Assembly: GCA_963727845.1 (NCBI GenBank)
Contig: CAVSHI010000003.1
Span: 937,913-1,001,912, forward strand
DNA: 64,000 nucleotides
From: Ignavibacteriota bacterium
GTDB taxonomy: Bacteria > Bacteroidota > Ignavibacteria > UBA10030 > SZUA-254
Reading direction: 5' to 3'
Shown: positions 1 through 10,017 of the stretch, piece after piece
Layout: each line of letters opens with the position of its first letter
Position numbering within the stretch: position 1 is the first letter of the stretch
Position numbers and translations under genes: made by a program
Notes under the pieces: generated by a model
Database searches by the model: none
Seen by the model: the letters and a program-made list of their open reading frames with translations, nothing else
What the model was told of the DNA's origin: nothing

Positions 1-1288
1 CGATCGCAACATCAATCGCTCTATCATATTTTCCATTTCTGATAAGACACTCGATAAATCGTTTGTTGACATCGAGATCTGCGGACTTCATGAGCTGGTA
101 CGCTTCGACATACTGGGCCTCGGCTTCCTGTAGTTTGCCAAGCTGCATCAGTCCATATGCATAGGTGTCGAGAACCATGCCCGTCAAGTACTTCATTCCA
201 TCTTCCCATTCCGCTATCGACGGATAATAGAGCTTTGTGGTCGTGTCAGGGATTCTGCTCAACTCAACACCTTTTTTCGCCCATGCGACAGCGCACTCCA
301 ACTGCTCACCTTTTTCAATCAGGTCCCATGCCGGACCATTGTACTGATCCCAGCGGGGATGCCGAATTTGTGCTAGCGCCCGTGTAGCTCTTTCGTACTC
401 TTTTGCTTCGACACAGGTTGAGAACAGCGTGAAAGTGTAATCGTCGTGTTCGGAGTCTTTGATCTGAATGTGCTCTGCGATGAATTTCTCCATTGCCGGC
501 ATCCGTTTCACCGGGTCACTGATTTGGGAAATATCGCTCCAGTCCCTGCTTCTTGCGATCAGGCCATCGGGATTCCGAGCAATTTCGGTTTGACGAATCC
601 GGGCGGCCTTCGCGCTGTCACCGGTGCGCTCATACCAGGAAATGATCCCTGGAAGCGACGACTCATCGTCCTTCCTGGCTTCGTACAATTTGCCAAGATC
701 TTCCTTGATCGAGGACATCATCTCTCCCGACTTATCCTCTTTCAGCAGTGCATTCCATACCAGCATCGGGGCCGACGAGATGTTGTTGGGATAGAGTTCC
801 TTTTCATTTTGAAGTTCGTCTCTCACTGCAGCCAGATCCCGAGCGTGCCGGAATGAATTTACCCCTCCCTGCATCAACACTGCGCGCGCGCAATGTGCAT
901 CTCTTACCGGTCTTCCGTCGGCTCCGTAGATCATTGCATCCCAGACATTGCCGCTGCGGTCGTCTACCTTTTCACCGGAGACAAACCGGAACAGAAGCAG
1001 TGTCGCCGTCGGTTCGTTCAGTGCCATCGTTGTTTTCCAGGTCCCGCCGGACTTCGTCATCGGGAGCTGGAAAAATCCAATGTTGTCGTATCCTCCCCGC
1101 CAGATAAGAACATACAACTGGATGGTTTCAGCATCCTTCAGGGTTGCGGTTTTTGCATTGGAGTTGTAGTTGACGGTGATAACATCTCCGGCTTTAGGAT
1201 GCGCGGGAGAAAGCGAAAACACGTCGCTCTCCTCCTGTGCAAACGCCAGACTGGCGAATAAGATGGTGCAGATCAGTATTCTTTTCAT
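1..1288 (-). CDS. secreted hypothetical protein (helical/TPR-like), 5'-complete, 3' end runs off window start
   Basis: Reverse-complement from ATG at 1288 reads an open frame with no stop down to position 1 (MKRILICTILFASLAFAQEE...). N-terminal signal-peptide-like hydrophobic segment. Not in the ORF track because it is partial. No + strand ORF >136 aa in this span. Confidence 0.6.
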   Translation of the reverse strand, partial: MKRILICTILFASLAFAQEESDVFSLSPAHPKAGDVITVNYNSNAKTATLKDAETIQLYVLIWRGGYDNIGFFQLPMTKSGGTWKTTMALNEPTATLLLFRFVSGEKVDDRSGNVWDAMIYGADGRPVRDAHCARAVLMQGGVNSFRHARDLAAVRDELQNEKELYPNNISSAPMLVWNALLKEDKSGEMMSSIKEDLGKLYEARKDDESSLPGIISWYERTGDSAKAARIRQTEIARNPDGLIARSRDWSDISQISDPVKRMPAMEKFIAEHIQIKDSEHDDYTFTLFSTCVEAKEYERATRALAQIRHPRWDQYNGPAWDLIEKGEQLECAVAWAKKGVELSRIPDTTTKLYYPSIAEWEDGMKYLTGMVLDTYAYGLMQLGKLQEAEAQYVEAYQLMKSADLDVNKRFIECLIRNGKYDRAIDVAI

Positions 1289-1359
1289 CGCGAGCTCTCC
1301 TAACGTGTATGTTAATTGACCCGTGAAACGTAGTGATTTCACATGTAGGAATCAAACCC

Positions 1360-2076
1360 TCATGCTTTCTCCATGATGGCGCCACCGGGCAAAATTGTGG
1401 ATATTACAACACTGGCCACCACAAAGCTGCCGACCTGATCGATTGCGACGCTCAGCGTATAGAGGAATCCCGCATCGTACCATATCCAGTGCGACATCGT
1501 TTCTGAAAAAACGACGACAAGCCCCAGCGCGATTCCAAATAGAATTCGATTCCGCATCGACGAAACACCGGCCCCCATCAGCAGCCAGACAAAGATGAAG
1601 GTGGCAACGATATCCTTCAACAGTTCACCCAGCAGATGGATTCCAAATGACCCGAAGTCGCCAACGCGAACGAATGCGAACATCTGGGGACCTTTTTGCG
1701 AGCGTTGTTCGTTCGCCTGTTCGGCGGCTTTCTTTTCTGCCTCGCTGGCACCCGGTGGAGAGTTCACAATGTAAGGCATGAAGTACGTTCCCGAGACCGG
1801 AGTGCCGGAAACGATGGCCTGGGTCACCGCCTCTTCATTCGTGAACTTCTGGAGAGCGTTATTATAGAGAGGCAGTACTTCATGGTCGAGCGCTCCCCAC
1901 ACGAACATTGCGACTCCGCCGAGAACGGCAGCAAGGATAATCCTTGATGTAGACACAGCAACGTCTCCTTCCAATAGTTTGACGGGGTACTGGCTATAGC
2001 CCAATGTACTACGCTTGCGGAAACTTCGCAAATCCTCAACCCGCAGGTCTTGCTGTCCCGTAAACTTGTATTTCAC
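1360..2076 (-). CDS. hypothetical integral membrane protein
   Basis: 238-aa ORF with several hydrophobic helices (…ILAAVLGGVAMFVWGAL…, …FIFVWLLMGAGV…, …LFGIALGLVVVF…). Immediately upstream of the secreted gene at 1..1288, likely co-transcribed. Confidence 0.55.
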   Translation of the reverse strand: MKYKFTGQQDLRVEDLRSFRKRSTLGYSQYPVKLLEGDVAVSTSRIILAAVLGGVAMFVWGALDHEVLPLYNNALQKFTNEEAVTQAIVSGTPVSGTYFMPYIVNSPPGASEAEKKAAEQANEQRSQKGPQMFAFVRVGDFGSFGIHLLGELLKDIVATFIFVWLLMGAGVSSMRNRILFGIALGLVVVFSETMSHWIWYDAGFLYTLSVAIDQVGSFVVASVVISTILPGGAIMEKA

Positions 2077-2169
2077 GAGACTCTTTGCGATACTACAAAA
2101 TACGAAATCGAGGCATCTGAAATATCAATCAGAATGACACGCTTTTTCAATTTTTGGTTGTCTTAATTC

Positions 2170-3339
2170 ATGAATCCACTATCACTCAATAGAAGAGAGT
2201 CACATATGGTTCGAACAACACGCATACGTTCTTATATGGCCGGAGTTGCCATGCTCGGCATATTTCTGCCGGCAAGCTCGTGGGCATTTGGCCGTGATAG
2301 CCAGCCACAGGAAAAGAACTCCCCGGTTATGAAAACAGCCGAGCAAGTGAAAAAGAACATTCTAGCGCTTAAGGGGCTCCCCGCGTCGCAATTCAATACA
2401 GTCATGGATTTCATGTCAACTTCTCTCGGCGTTCGATGCAACCACTGCCACGTTTCCGATTCGACCGGCTGGCAATTTGAAAAAGACGATAAGGCGGAGA
2501 AACGCACCGCCCGAAAGATGATCCAGATGGTTATGGATTTGAATACGAAGAACTTCGGAGGGAGAAACGCGGTAACCTGTGTTACATGCCACCATGGCTC
2601 ACCGCAGCCGACGGCGTTGATGTCGCTTCCCCAACCTCCCGCTAAGCCTGAGAAAGAGAACACGGCCATTCCTTCGATGCCTGGCGTCGAACAGTTGCTC
2701 GCTTCCTACGAGAAAGGTCTCGGAGGGGCAGATGCGCTGAAGAAAATCTCTTCCCGCATCATGAAGGGAGTTTCCGTCGACGCACAGGGCAAGGAATCCC
2801 CTATTGAGATTGTCCAGCAGGAACCGGACAAGTATGCCGCGACGACGACAGGGGATCGCGGTGCTTTCACCCGGACGGTCAATGGTACAGCCGGCTGGAT
2901 GAGCTCACCGCGCGGCACGCGGGAACTGCCTCCGGATGCAGTCGAAGAGCTGAAACGAGATGGAGCGCTCTTCCCCATCGTTAGAATGAAAGAACTTTCC
3001 AAGACGATGCGTGTCAGCGACAAAGACACCGTGAATGGCACGACAGCCTATCTGCTCACAGCCCCCGCAGGAGAACACAATACCGAACGCTATTACATTG
3101 ACAGCTCGAGCGGACTTCTTCTCCGCAGAGTTATTATCACCGAGACGATGATCGGCGACATCCCCGAGCAGGTCGATTATTCTGATTATCGTGCCGTTAA
3201 CGGAGCAATGGTTCCGTTCACTGTGCGGACCGCAGCTGTCGACCCGCGGGACGGCTCGACACAGCGCTTTTCTTCCATCGAGCAGAATGTTTCCATCGAC
3301 GAAAAGAAATTCTCAATGCCTGAAAACAAAAAGAAATGA
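2170..3339 (+). CDS. dihaem c-type cytochrome (photosynthetic-reaction-centre cytochrome c subunit-like N-terminal domain) with extra C-terminal domain
   Basis: Two CxxCH haem-binding motifs (CNHCH, CVTCHH) in the first ~130 aa. Signal-like N-terminus (MAGVAMLGIFLPASSWAFG), so the true start is probably 2206 or 2236. ~250-aa C-terminal extension of unknown function. Confidence 0.7.
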   Translation: MNPLSLNRRESHMVRTTRIRSYMAGVAMLGIFLPASSWAFGRDSQPQEKNSPVMKTAEQVKKNILALKGLPASQFNTVMDFMSTSLGVRCNHCHVSDSTGWQFEKDDKAEKRTARKMIQMVMDLNTKNFGGRNAVTCVTCHHGSPQPTALMSLPQPPAKPEKENTAIPSMPGVEQLLASYEKGLGGADALKKISSRIMKGVSVDAQGKESPIEIVQQEPDKYAATTTGDRGAFTRTVNGTAGWMSSPRGTRELPPDAVEELKRDGALFPIVRMKELSKTMRVSDKDTVNGTTAYLLTAPAGEHNTERYYIDSSSGLLLRRVIITETMIGDIPEQVDYSDYRAVNGAMVPFTVRTAAVDPRDGSTQRFSSIEQNVSIDEKKFSMPENKKK

Positions 3340-3360
3340 CCTGTTAATGGAGAATATCTT

Positions 3361-3873
3361 ATGAAATACTTTATCGTCGCACTATTGATGATGGCGTTCG
3401 CTTCAGTTCTTATCGCCGGCAGTCCGGAGGATACAACCAAAAGCACGCCGCAATTCGACAAATTGAAGACGCTTGCCGGCACATGGAAGGGAAAGAATAG
3501 CGAAGGAAAACTTGTCACCGTTTCCTACAAACTCGTCTCCAACGGCAGCGCCTTCATGGAGGAGCTTACGTCGGAGGAACATCCCGACGCGATGGTCACG
3601 ATGTATCATCTCAACGGCAAGAAGCTCATGCTGACACACTATTGCTCGATGGGCAACCAGCCGCGCATGCGCGTGGAGAAGACTTCGATGGATGGATCCA
3701 CGCTCACCTTCTCATACGTGGATGCAACGAATCTCGCCAGCCCCAAGGATACCCACATGAGCGGGCTCGTCGTGACGTTCAAGGACGACGACCATTTCTC
3801 GCAGCAGTGGGCTTTGAGCATGAACGGGAAGAAGAAGCAACACGAAACGTTCGAATTTGAACGCGTGAAGTGA
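3361..3873 (+). CDS. small secreted hypothetical protein (possibly DUF1579/lipocalin-like beta-barrel)
   Basis: 170-aa ORF with a signal peptide (MKYFIVALLMMAFASVLIAG), 21 nt downstream of the cytochrome gene. Confidence 0.5.
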   Translation: MKYFIVALLMMAFASVLIAGSPEDTTKSTPQFDKLKTLAGTWKGKNSEGKLVTVSYKLVSNGSAFMEELTSEEHPDAMVTMYHLNGKKLMLTHYCSMGNQPRMRVEKTSMDGSTLTFSYVDATNLASPKDTHMSGLVVTFKDDDHFSQQWALSMNGKKKQHETFEFERVK

Positions 3874-3897
3874 GATCCCAACATACGCAGCACGATC

Positions 3898-3924
3898 AAA
3901 TGCCGGGTCCCTGATCCGGCATTT
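3898..3924. terminator. hairpin between convergent genes (candidate bidirectional terminator)
   Basis: AAATGCCGG-gtccctgat-CCGGCATTT: perfect 9-bp stem followed by GTATTT, lying between the + gene ending at 3873 and mfd ending at 3962. Confidence 0.4.
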
Positions 3925-3961
3925 GTATTTCACGACAAAGAGCAGGCGGTAAAATGCGGTT

Positions 3962-6900
3962 TCATCCGGAAACGGAACTCTGGTGCGCGATTTCCATCAC
4001 TTTTCTTTTCGTATCTTCCAGCCGCTCCTTTGTGCCGTCCGGCAGGATATGCATGAATTGCAGCGTTAATTCCTTCCCAACCTGTTTGAGGTACACGTCT
4101 TTCATTTCTCCGCTGCTCACCTTTTCCATCATCCGCTGGAATGGCGCCGCTTTGTAACCATCGCCCGCCATATCACTGCCGGTGGGTGATCCGTAAAACC
4201 GTTCGTCGGATGCGTCGGGCAACGTAATGGACATTCGTTTACCTTTGAGCGAGACTTTTTGAAAGCCGGCGCGGGATGCCGCCATCCGCAGCTCGACGAG
4301 AAGAAACAAATGTTCCACCTCTTCGGGGTACTCACCAAAACGGTCATGCAATTCTCCCCGCATGGCAGTGAGTTCCTCATCGCTCACCGCCCTGTACAAA
4401 CGGCGGTAGATATCGAGACGCTCGGAATTGGATTCGACGTAGAAATCGGGGATGAGTGCTTCAATATCCGATTCGATGACAGTTTCCACAGATTTCGATG
4501 CGCGAGTCGGAAATTTCGAAGCGTCCTTTTGAAAAACCTCGGTGAATTCCTCCTGCTTTAATTCCTCCACTGCCTCACGGACGACGCGTTCGTACATTTC
4601 AAAACCCATTTCCATGATAAAGCCCGATTGCTCGGCGCCGAGTAGATTGCCGGCACCCCGAATCTCCAGGTCACGCATCGCCAGATTGAAACCCGAAACC
4701 GAGCTCGGTAAATTCTTCAATGGCCTGCAAGCGGCGCAGTGTCGGCCTGGGCAGAATGCCCAGCGGCGGGGTCAACAGGTATGCATACGCCTGGACGTTT
4801 GAGCGACCGACACGCCCGCGCAGCTGGTACAACTCCGCAAGCCCGAACCGGTCCGCACGATTGACGATAATGGTGTTCACGCTCGGAATATCGATACCCG
4901 ACTCAATGATCTTGGTGCACACGAGAACGTCCCGCTTTTTCTCAAGGAAATCGAACATTACCCTCTCGAGCTCGTGTCCGTGCATCTGACCGTGGGCGAC
5001 ATCAACCCGGGCTTCCGGGACGTGCGATTGCACCTGCTGGGCGATCGCATCGATGTTGTTCACCCGGTCGTGCACAAAATACACCTGTCCGCCGCGGTGC
5101 AATTCCTTGAGAATCGCCTCACGGATAAATTGCCAGTGTCCGCGCTTATCCGTAAAATCTGCGGGCACTATTTCCGTGACAATCGGCAGACGATTTCTCG
5201 GCGGCGTTGAAATGAGCGAGAGGTCACGTGCCCCGGCCAGCGAGAAGTGCAGCGTGCGCGGAATCGGCGTTGCCGTCAATGTGAGTGTATCGACGACCGC
5301 CTTTACCTTGCGCAATTTCTCCTTCGCCGCCACGCCGAAACGGTGTTCTTCATCGATGATCAGCAAACCCAGGTCTTTCAACGCGACATCCTTCGAGAGC
5401 AGGCGGTGCGTGCCGATAATGATATCGATACCTCCGGTTTCGAGCAGCTGCACAATCTTCTTTTGCTCTTTTGTCGATTTGAATCGCATAATGCTCTCGA
5501 TTCTCACGGTGTATCGTGCCAGCCGATCCTGGAAGGTATTGTAATGCTGCATTGCGAGAATCGTTGTCGGTACAAGCACTGCCACCTGTTTTCCGTCCAT
5601 CACGGCTTTGAAGGCGGCGCGAACGGCAACCTCGGTTTTACCGAATCCAACGTCGCCGCAGATGAGACGGTCCATGGGCGATGCACTTTCCATGTCGCGC
5701 TTCACGTCCAGAGTCGCTTGCGCCTGGTCGGGAGTGTCTTCATACATGAACGACGCTTCGAGCTCCTTTTGCCAGTGCGTGTCGGGAGAGAAGGCAAAAC
5801 CCCGTTCATGTTTGCGGCGGGCGTAGAGGGCAATCAGGTCCCGCGCAATGTCTTTGATGCGCCGTTTCGCACGGGCTTTCATCCGCTCCCACTCGTCACC
5901 CCCGAGCTTGCTGAGTTTCGGGATGTGACTTTCCTGTGACGAGTATTTCTGGACCCGGTTAACAAAATTCAAATTGACGTACAGGACATCGTTTTCAAGA
6001 AACAGCAGTTTTATAACTTCCTGGTCGATCCCCCCGACCTTTAGTTTCGCCAGGCCTGCAAAGGTCCCGATGCCGTGGTCGACATGGACAACACAATCGC
6101 CGGGTCGGAGCTGCTGCAGTTCTTTCTGCGTGAATCCTTTGAAACGCCGGCGCTTGCCGGATCCACGACGCCTCAGCCGTCCGAATATTTCGTGCTCGGT
6201 GAAGACCGCAAGCCTGGCCGGAGGGAAAATGAATCCGGCATGAATCGTTTCAGAAATAATATCGAAGGTAACCGCTGATGGTGCGGCTTTCCCTCCGTCC
6301 AGGCGAGGGACCGGGAATTCATTTTCATCCTGTCGAACGTCTGCAATCCGCGTTCCGAGCCCCGATACCGCATAAGGATCTTCAGGAGAGGTCAGAACTT
6401 CCTCCACCAGCTCTTTGAGCCGCGCGCCCTCTTCCTTCGTGTCGCTTGCGAGATGAATAATATATCCATCCAGGGAAAGTTTCTTCAGCGTGTCGACCAG
6501 CATGTTGATGCTTCCATTAAAGGCCGGCTGAAGAACCGACGCAAAATCTATAAGAGATGTCGATTGTTGATTCTCGACGGTCGACGGTTGATGATGAAAC
6601 GGTGAATTGATGATCCGGCGAAAAGCCCCGGACCGTCCATCGATAAACTTCCAGTCAAAAAGGTTTTGGATGCCTTCCTGGAAAAGTTCACCAATCTCCG
6701 CCTCGATGAGCGCAGGGCCGTCGAGAATGATAATCGCATCGGGAGACAGGTAGTCGAACAACGACGCCGAAAGTTCTCCCACCTCATCTGCCGCACCGGT
6801 CACCTGCGGTCTATCCGTGTCGTCAACCGAATCGTCGGTCAGCGCTGGAACGATGCTCGCCGTGGGCAGCTCCCGGATCGACCGCTGCGAAATCACATCA

Positions 6901-7520
6901 AACTCCCGGATCGATTCGATCGTGTCGCCGAAGAATTCAATCCGGATCGGGTTTTCTCCGACAAACGGAAACACATCGACGATCCCCCCGCGGACAGCAA
7001 CATCGCCGTACCCTTCTACGAAGTCTTTTTGCTCAAAGCCGTTCTCAATTAAACGCGCGATGAAATCCTGAAAAGGCTTTTCTTCACCTGTTTTCAACTC
7101 AATGATCATCCTGGTAAACTTATCCCTGGGCGGAACACTCTCGGCCACGGACTCCGGCGATGCGACCACGACAACACTCGTGCCCGTGGCGAGCGTCTTC
7201 AGCGTTTCAGTCCGGGCAATCGGTGCGCTCATATCCAGCATTTGCGCTTGATGACGCGGTCGCGTTCCGAAGAATCGCACATTCCCTTCACCGAGCAAAA
7301 GAGTGCAATCGTCGCGGAGCTTTTCCGCCGAGTCGTCGTCCGGTGCGATCACCACCACTTGCGAGCCACTCTGTTCGAATACGTTTGCTGTCACGAAGGC
7401 GAGCAACGAACCGGCAACGCCTTGAAGAACAAGCGGATGCCCATTTTCAAGGGTCCTTAATTTCTTCCCGAGGGTTTCGAAACAATCCGAGTGAAATATT
7501 CTCTGCTTGATTTTCTTCAT
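3962..7520 (-). CDS. mfd: transcription-repair coupling factor Mfd, interrupted by an apparent 1-nt indel (ORFs 4671..7520 and 3962..4720)
   Basis: 949-aa ORF carries the Mfd N-terminal UvrB-homology, RNAP-interaction and DEAD/helicase motifs ([19 protein letters not shown]). The 252-aa ORF carries the TRCF C-terminal domain ([23 protein letters not shown]). The frames overlap at ELGFGF/SGFNLAM; DNA GGTTTCGGGTTTCAATCTGG would read ELGSGFNLAM with one T removed. Confidence 0.85.
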
Positions 7521-7672
7521 TAGCGATCTATATTCAACATCCGTCCTGCGGTTTCAAAAACACCTTTCCCACGCCGTCCCGACCTGGTCGGCACAGCAAG
7601 GGTTTATTCCATGTAACTCTCTTTGTTGCAAACTTCACCCACGTCGTTTCACGCGGGTGACGGACAAACAAT

Positions 7673-8575
7673 TTATGCCTTTCCCACTCGCAGCTTATTT
7701 GTAAGCTCTTCCTGCTTCTTGAGAAAGGCAATCAACTCGCGTTGAACTTCACGCATCTCATGGATTTCGTACGCGCGGATCTCATCCAGCTTCACGTGAA
7801 GACTTTGTATCTGCATTTCTGCTTTGAGATTGATTTGGTAATCGAGTTCTGCGCGCAATCGATCTTTTTCAGACTGCCGATTCTGGCTCATCATGATGAA
7901 CGGCGCCTGGAGGGCTGAAATGGCTCCGAGCACAAGATTGAGGAACGCGTACGGGAAAGGGTCGATAGGATGATAGAACGCTTCCAGGGTGTTGAGCGCA
8001 ACCCACAAGAGGAGAATGCCGATGAAAAGTCCGACAAATCCCCAGCTGCCGCCAAACTGCGCGACCTTGTCCGAGATTCGCTGACCGAAACTCAGGTTTT
8101 GTTCAATTTCCTCGTTGACGTTCCGCGCCGTACGTCGCTCAACCAATTCATTGGTCGCGCGCAGACGCTGGGCAATCACGCCCGCAAGAGAAATACAGAC
8201 CTCGGGCTTTCTGAGCAGGAAGCTCACGAAGTCTTCGCGCGTCATCTCCAGGAGATTTGCCTTGGTGACAACTTTCGCGCTTGCGGTGCGGGGCGAACCA
8301 TCAAACATCCCGAGCTCGCCGAAGAAGTCACCGTCGGAGAGAACGGCCAGTGTTACCTCTTCGTTATCTTCCGTCCAGGTCGTTATGGCAACTTCACCCT
8401 CACGGACAACGTACATCGCACCGGCCGGCTCCCCCTTTCTGAAAATAACCTGTCCGACATCCCGTGAAACCAATTTCCAGAGGTCGGCAAGGTTTTTCAG
8501 GTCGTCCGGTTGAAGGGTTGAAAAAAGGGGAATACGTGAGAGCGTCTCAACGTCAACAGTTGCTGAAGTACTCAT
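7673..8575 (-). CDS. cyclic-nucleotide-binding domain protein fused to DUF1003-type membrane domain
   Basis: N-terminal cNMP-binding fold (…FRKGEPAGAMYVVREGEV…GELGMFDG…). C-terminal two-TM region and coiled segment typical of DUF1003 (…GLFIGILLLWVALN…MSQNRQ…). Confidence 0.7.
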   Translation of the reverse strand: MSTSATVDVETLSRIPLFSTLQPDDLKNLADLWKLVSRDVGQVIFRKGEPAGAMYVVREGEVAITTWTEDNEEVTLAVLSDGDFFGELGMFDGSPRTASAKVVTKANLLEMTREDFVSFLLRKPEVCISLAGVIAQRLRATNELVERRTARNVNEEIEQNLSFGQRISDKVAQFGGSWGFVGLFIGILLLWVALNTLEAFYHPIDPFPYAFLNLVLGAISALQAPFIMMSQNRQSEKDRLRAELDYQINLKAEMQIQSLHVKLDEIRAYEIHEMREVQRELIAFLKKQEELTNKLRVGKA

Positions 8576-8652
8576 GATAATAGACTTATAATAGTAGAAT
8601 TGCTACAAAAAGATACTAATTTTTTGAATAGGAAGAAACTCTTAAAATTTTT

Positions 8653-9105
8653 TTGTATGTTCTACATCGTGATATAATACACATGCCCGGAGTTTCGATA
8701 AATAGTAACTTGAATATTCCAATTTCGGAATTGCAGTTCCGTTTCGCCCGGAGCGGCGGACACGGTGGACAGAACGTCAACAAAGTGGAAACCCGCGTGG
8801 AATTACTGTTTGACGTGGCCCGGTCGCCGAGTCTTTCCGAATCCGACCGCGAGAGAATTCTCAAGCATCTGCAATCGAAAATCGATACGGCGGGCGTATT
8901 GCGCGTCGTCGCGCAGGAATCACGCAGTCAGTGGCGTAACCGCGAGGATGCCGTCGAGCGATTCACCGCACTTTTAAGCGCGGCCCTGAAGCCGAGGAAG
9001 AAACGGATTGCAACGAGAATCTCGGCCGGAGCGCGAGAGAAAAGGCTGGAAGAGAAGAGGCGGAGAAGCAGAATTAAGAAGCTGCGAACATCGAGAGAAG
9101 AATGA
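8653..9105 (+). CDS. arfB: alternative ribosome-rescue factor ArfB (peptidyl-tRNA hydrolase, GGQ family)
   Basis: GGQ motif (SGGHGGQNVNKVETRV) plus basic C-terminal tail (KRLEEKRRRSRIKK). Probable real start at ATG 8683. Confidence 0.8.
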   Translation: MYVLHRDIIHMPGVSINSNLNIPISELQFRFARSGGHGGQNVNKVETRVELLFDVARSPSLSESDRERILKHLQSKIDTAGVLRVVAQESRSQWRNREDAVERFTALLSAALKPRKKRIATRISAGAREKRLEEKRRRSRIKKLRTSREE

Positions 9106-9169
9106 ACCCGGCTCCACGCCGGACCACGGGATAGCCGTCCATTTCACATTATGACGTAGTTGCTGCCTC

Positions 9170-9186
9170 GCGATTCAGCGAATCGC
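9170..9186. repeat. REP palindrome copy 1 (GCGATTCAGCGAATCGC + ACTACAG tail)
   Basis: Perfect 17-nt palindrome; one of 5 same-orientation copies clustered around the RAYT gene. Confidence 0.8.
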
Positions 9187-9244
9187 ACTACAGAATTCTC
9201 GGCGCTTCACGCCTCCCAACCGCTTCAATTCACGCTGCCCATTC

Positions 9245-9261
9245 GCGATTCAGCGAATCGC
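9245..9261. repeat. REP palindrome copy 2 (GCGATTCAGCGAATCGC + GTTACAG tail)
   Basis: Identical palindrome; the tail contains the RAYT stop codon (CTGTAA on the minus strand). Confidence 0.8.
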
Positions 9262-9262
9262 G

Positions 9263-9928
9263 TTACAGGGGAACGTTGCAGTAACTCCATTTCCATTTTG
9301 TCCACTCTTGGACCATTCCAGCTTTAACCGGATTGTTGAGAACGTATTCGATAATCCGTCCGAGATCCCCGTCGTTGCGAACGACATGGTCATAACTTTC
9401 GTGCTGCCAAAAGATGCCGGAACGATACAGTATTTTGTTGGCTTCGTGCGCCGTGAACTTCTTCAAGGATCCAATGATGTCGGTGACAATGTAGCGCGAG
9501 ACGCCGTCTCGCGCAGGTAGCGATTCAGCGAATCGCTCTACGCTGAAAACCATGTGGACATGATTGGGCATAATACAATATGCAAGAAGTTCGTACGCCA
9601 TCTGATCTCTATATTTGATGGCAGCGGACACAAGTCCGGCGATGCGGTCATCACGCAGCCAGAATTGACCTTCAGCCGACGTATCCAAGAACCGATCAAA
9701 ATTTTCGAAATACTGTTTACGCGCTTCCTCGCGCGCCAGATTCCTTTCACTATCGTCGCGCATGTGAGCGATTTGCCTTTCCAGACCCAGGTGTTCTTTC
9801 TTCAGTTGCAATACGACATAATCAGGAAGTGATCCTGCGAGCCGGAATGTCACAAAGAATGTTCCCCGTAATGGCTGGTAGTGGGGTAATCGACAACGGT
9901 AATATATTAATTCGTCTCCCATGGTCAA
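9263..9928 (-). mobile_element. REP-associated tyrosine transposase (RAYT, IS200/IS605 TnpA-like Y1 HuH transposase)
   Basis: HuH motif (MPNHVHMVF) and C-terminal catalytic-Tyr region (IFWQHESYDHVVRNDGD…YVLNNPVKAGMV) matching the RAYT signature W-Q-x-x-(F/Y)-(W/Y)-D-H-x-I-R…NP-x-K-A-G. Flanked by REP copies. Confidence 0.8.
9519..9537. repeat. REP palindrome copy 3 (AGCGATTCAGCGAATCGCT), located inside the RAYT coding sequence
   Basis: Encodes …SVERFAESLP… in the RAYT frame. Preceded by a second 10-bp palindrome GCGCGAGACG-c-CGTCTCGCGC at 9495-9515. Confidence 0.75.
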
Positions 9929-9946
9929 ATGATGTGTCGCTCCCCT

Positions 9947-9965
9947 GCGATTCGGCGAATCGCAT
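9947..9965. repeat. REP palindrome copy 4 (TGCGATTCGGCGAATCGCA, centre CGG variant)
   Basis: Same palindrome with A->G at the centre; tail TTACGATG. Confidence 0.75.
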
Positions 9966-9999
9966 TACGATGTTCTCCCTCAGTCCATTTTGCTTATTC

Positions 10000-10016
10000 G
10001 CGATTCGGCGAATCGC
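10000..10016. repeat. REP palindrome copy 5 (GCGATTCGGCGAATCGC + GCTACAG tail)
   Basis: The tail overlaps the thyX stop codon (CTGTAG on the minus strand). Confidence 0.75.
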
Positions 10017-10017
10017 G

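Noticed and set aside
5247-5939. 230-aa plus-strand ORF inside mfd
   Set aside because: Antisense to a strongly conserved mfd coding region; no motif.
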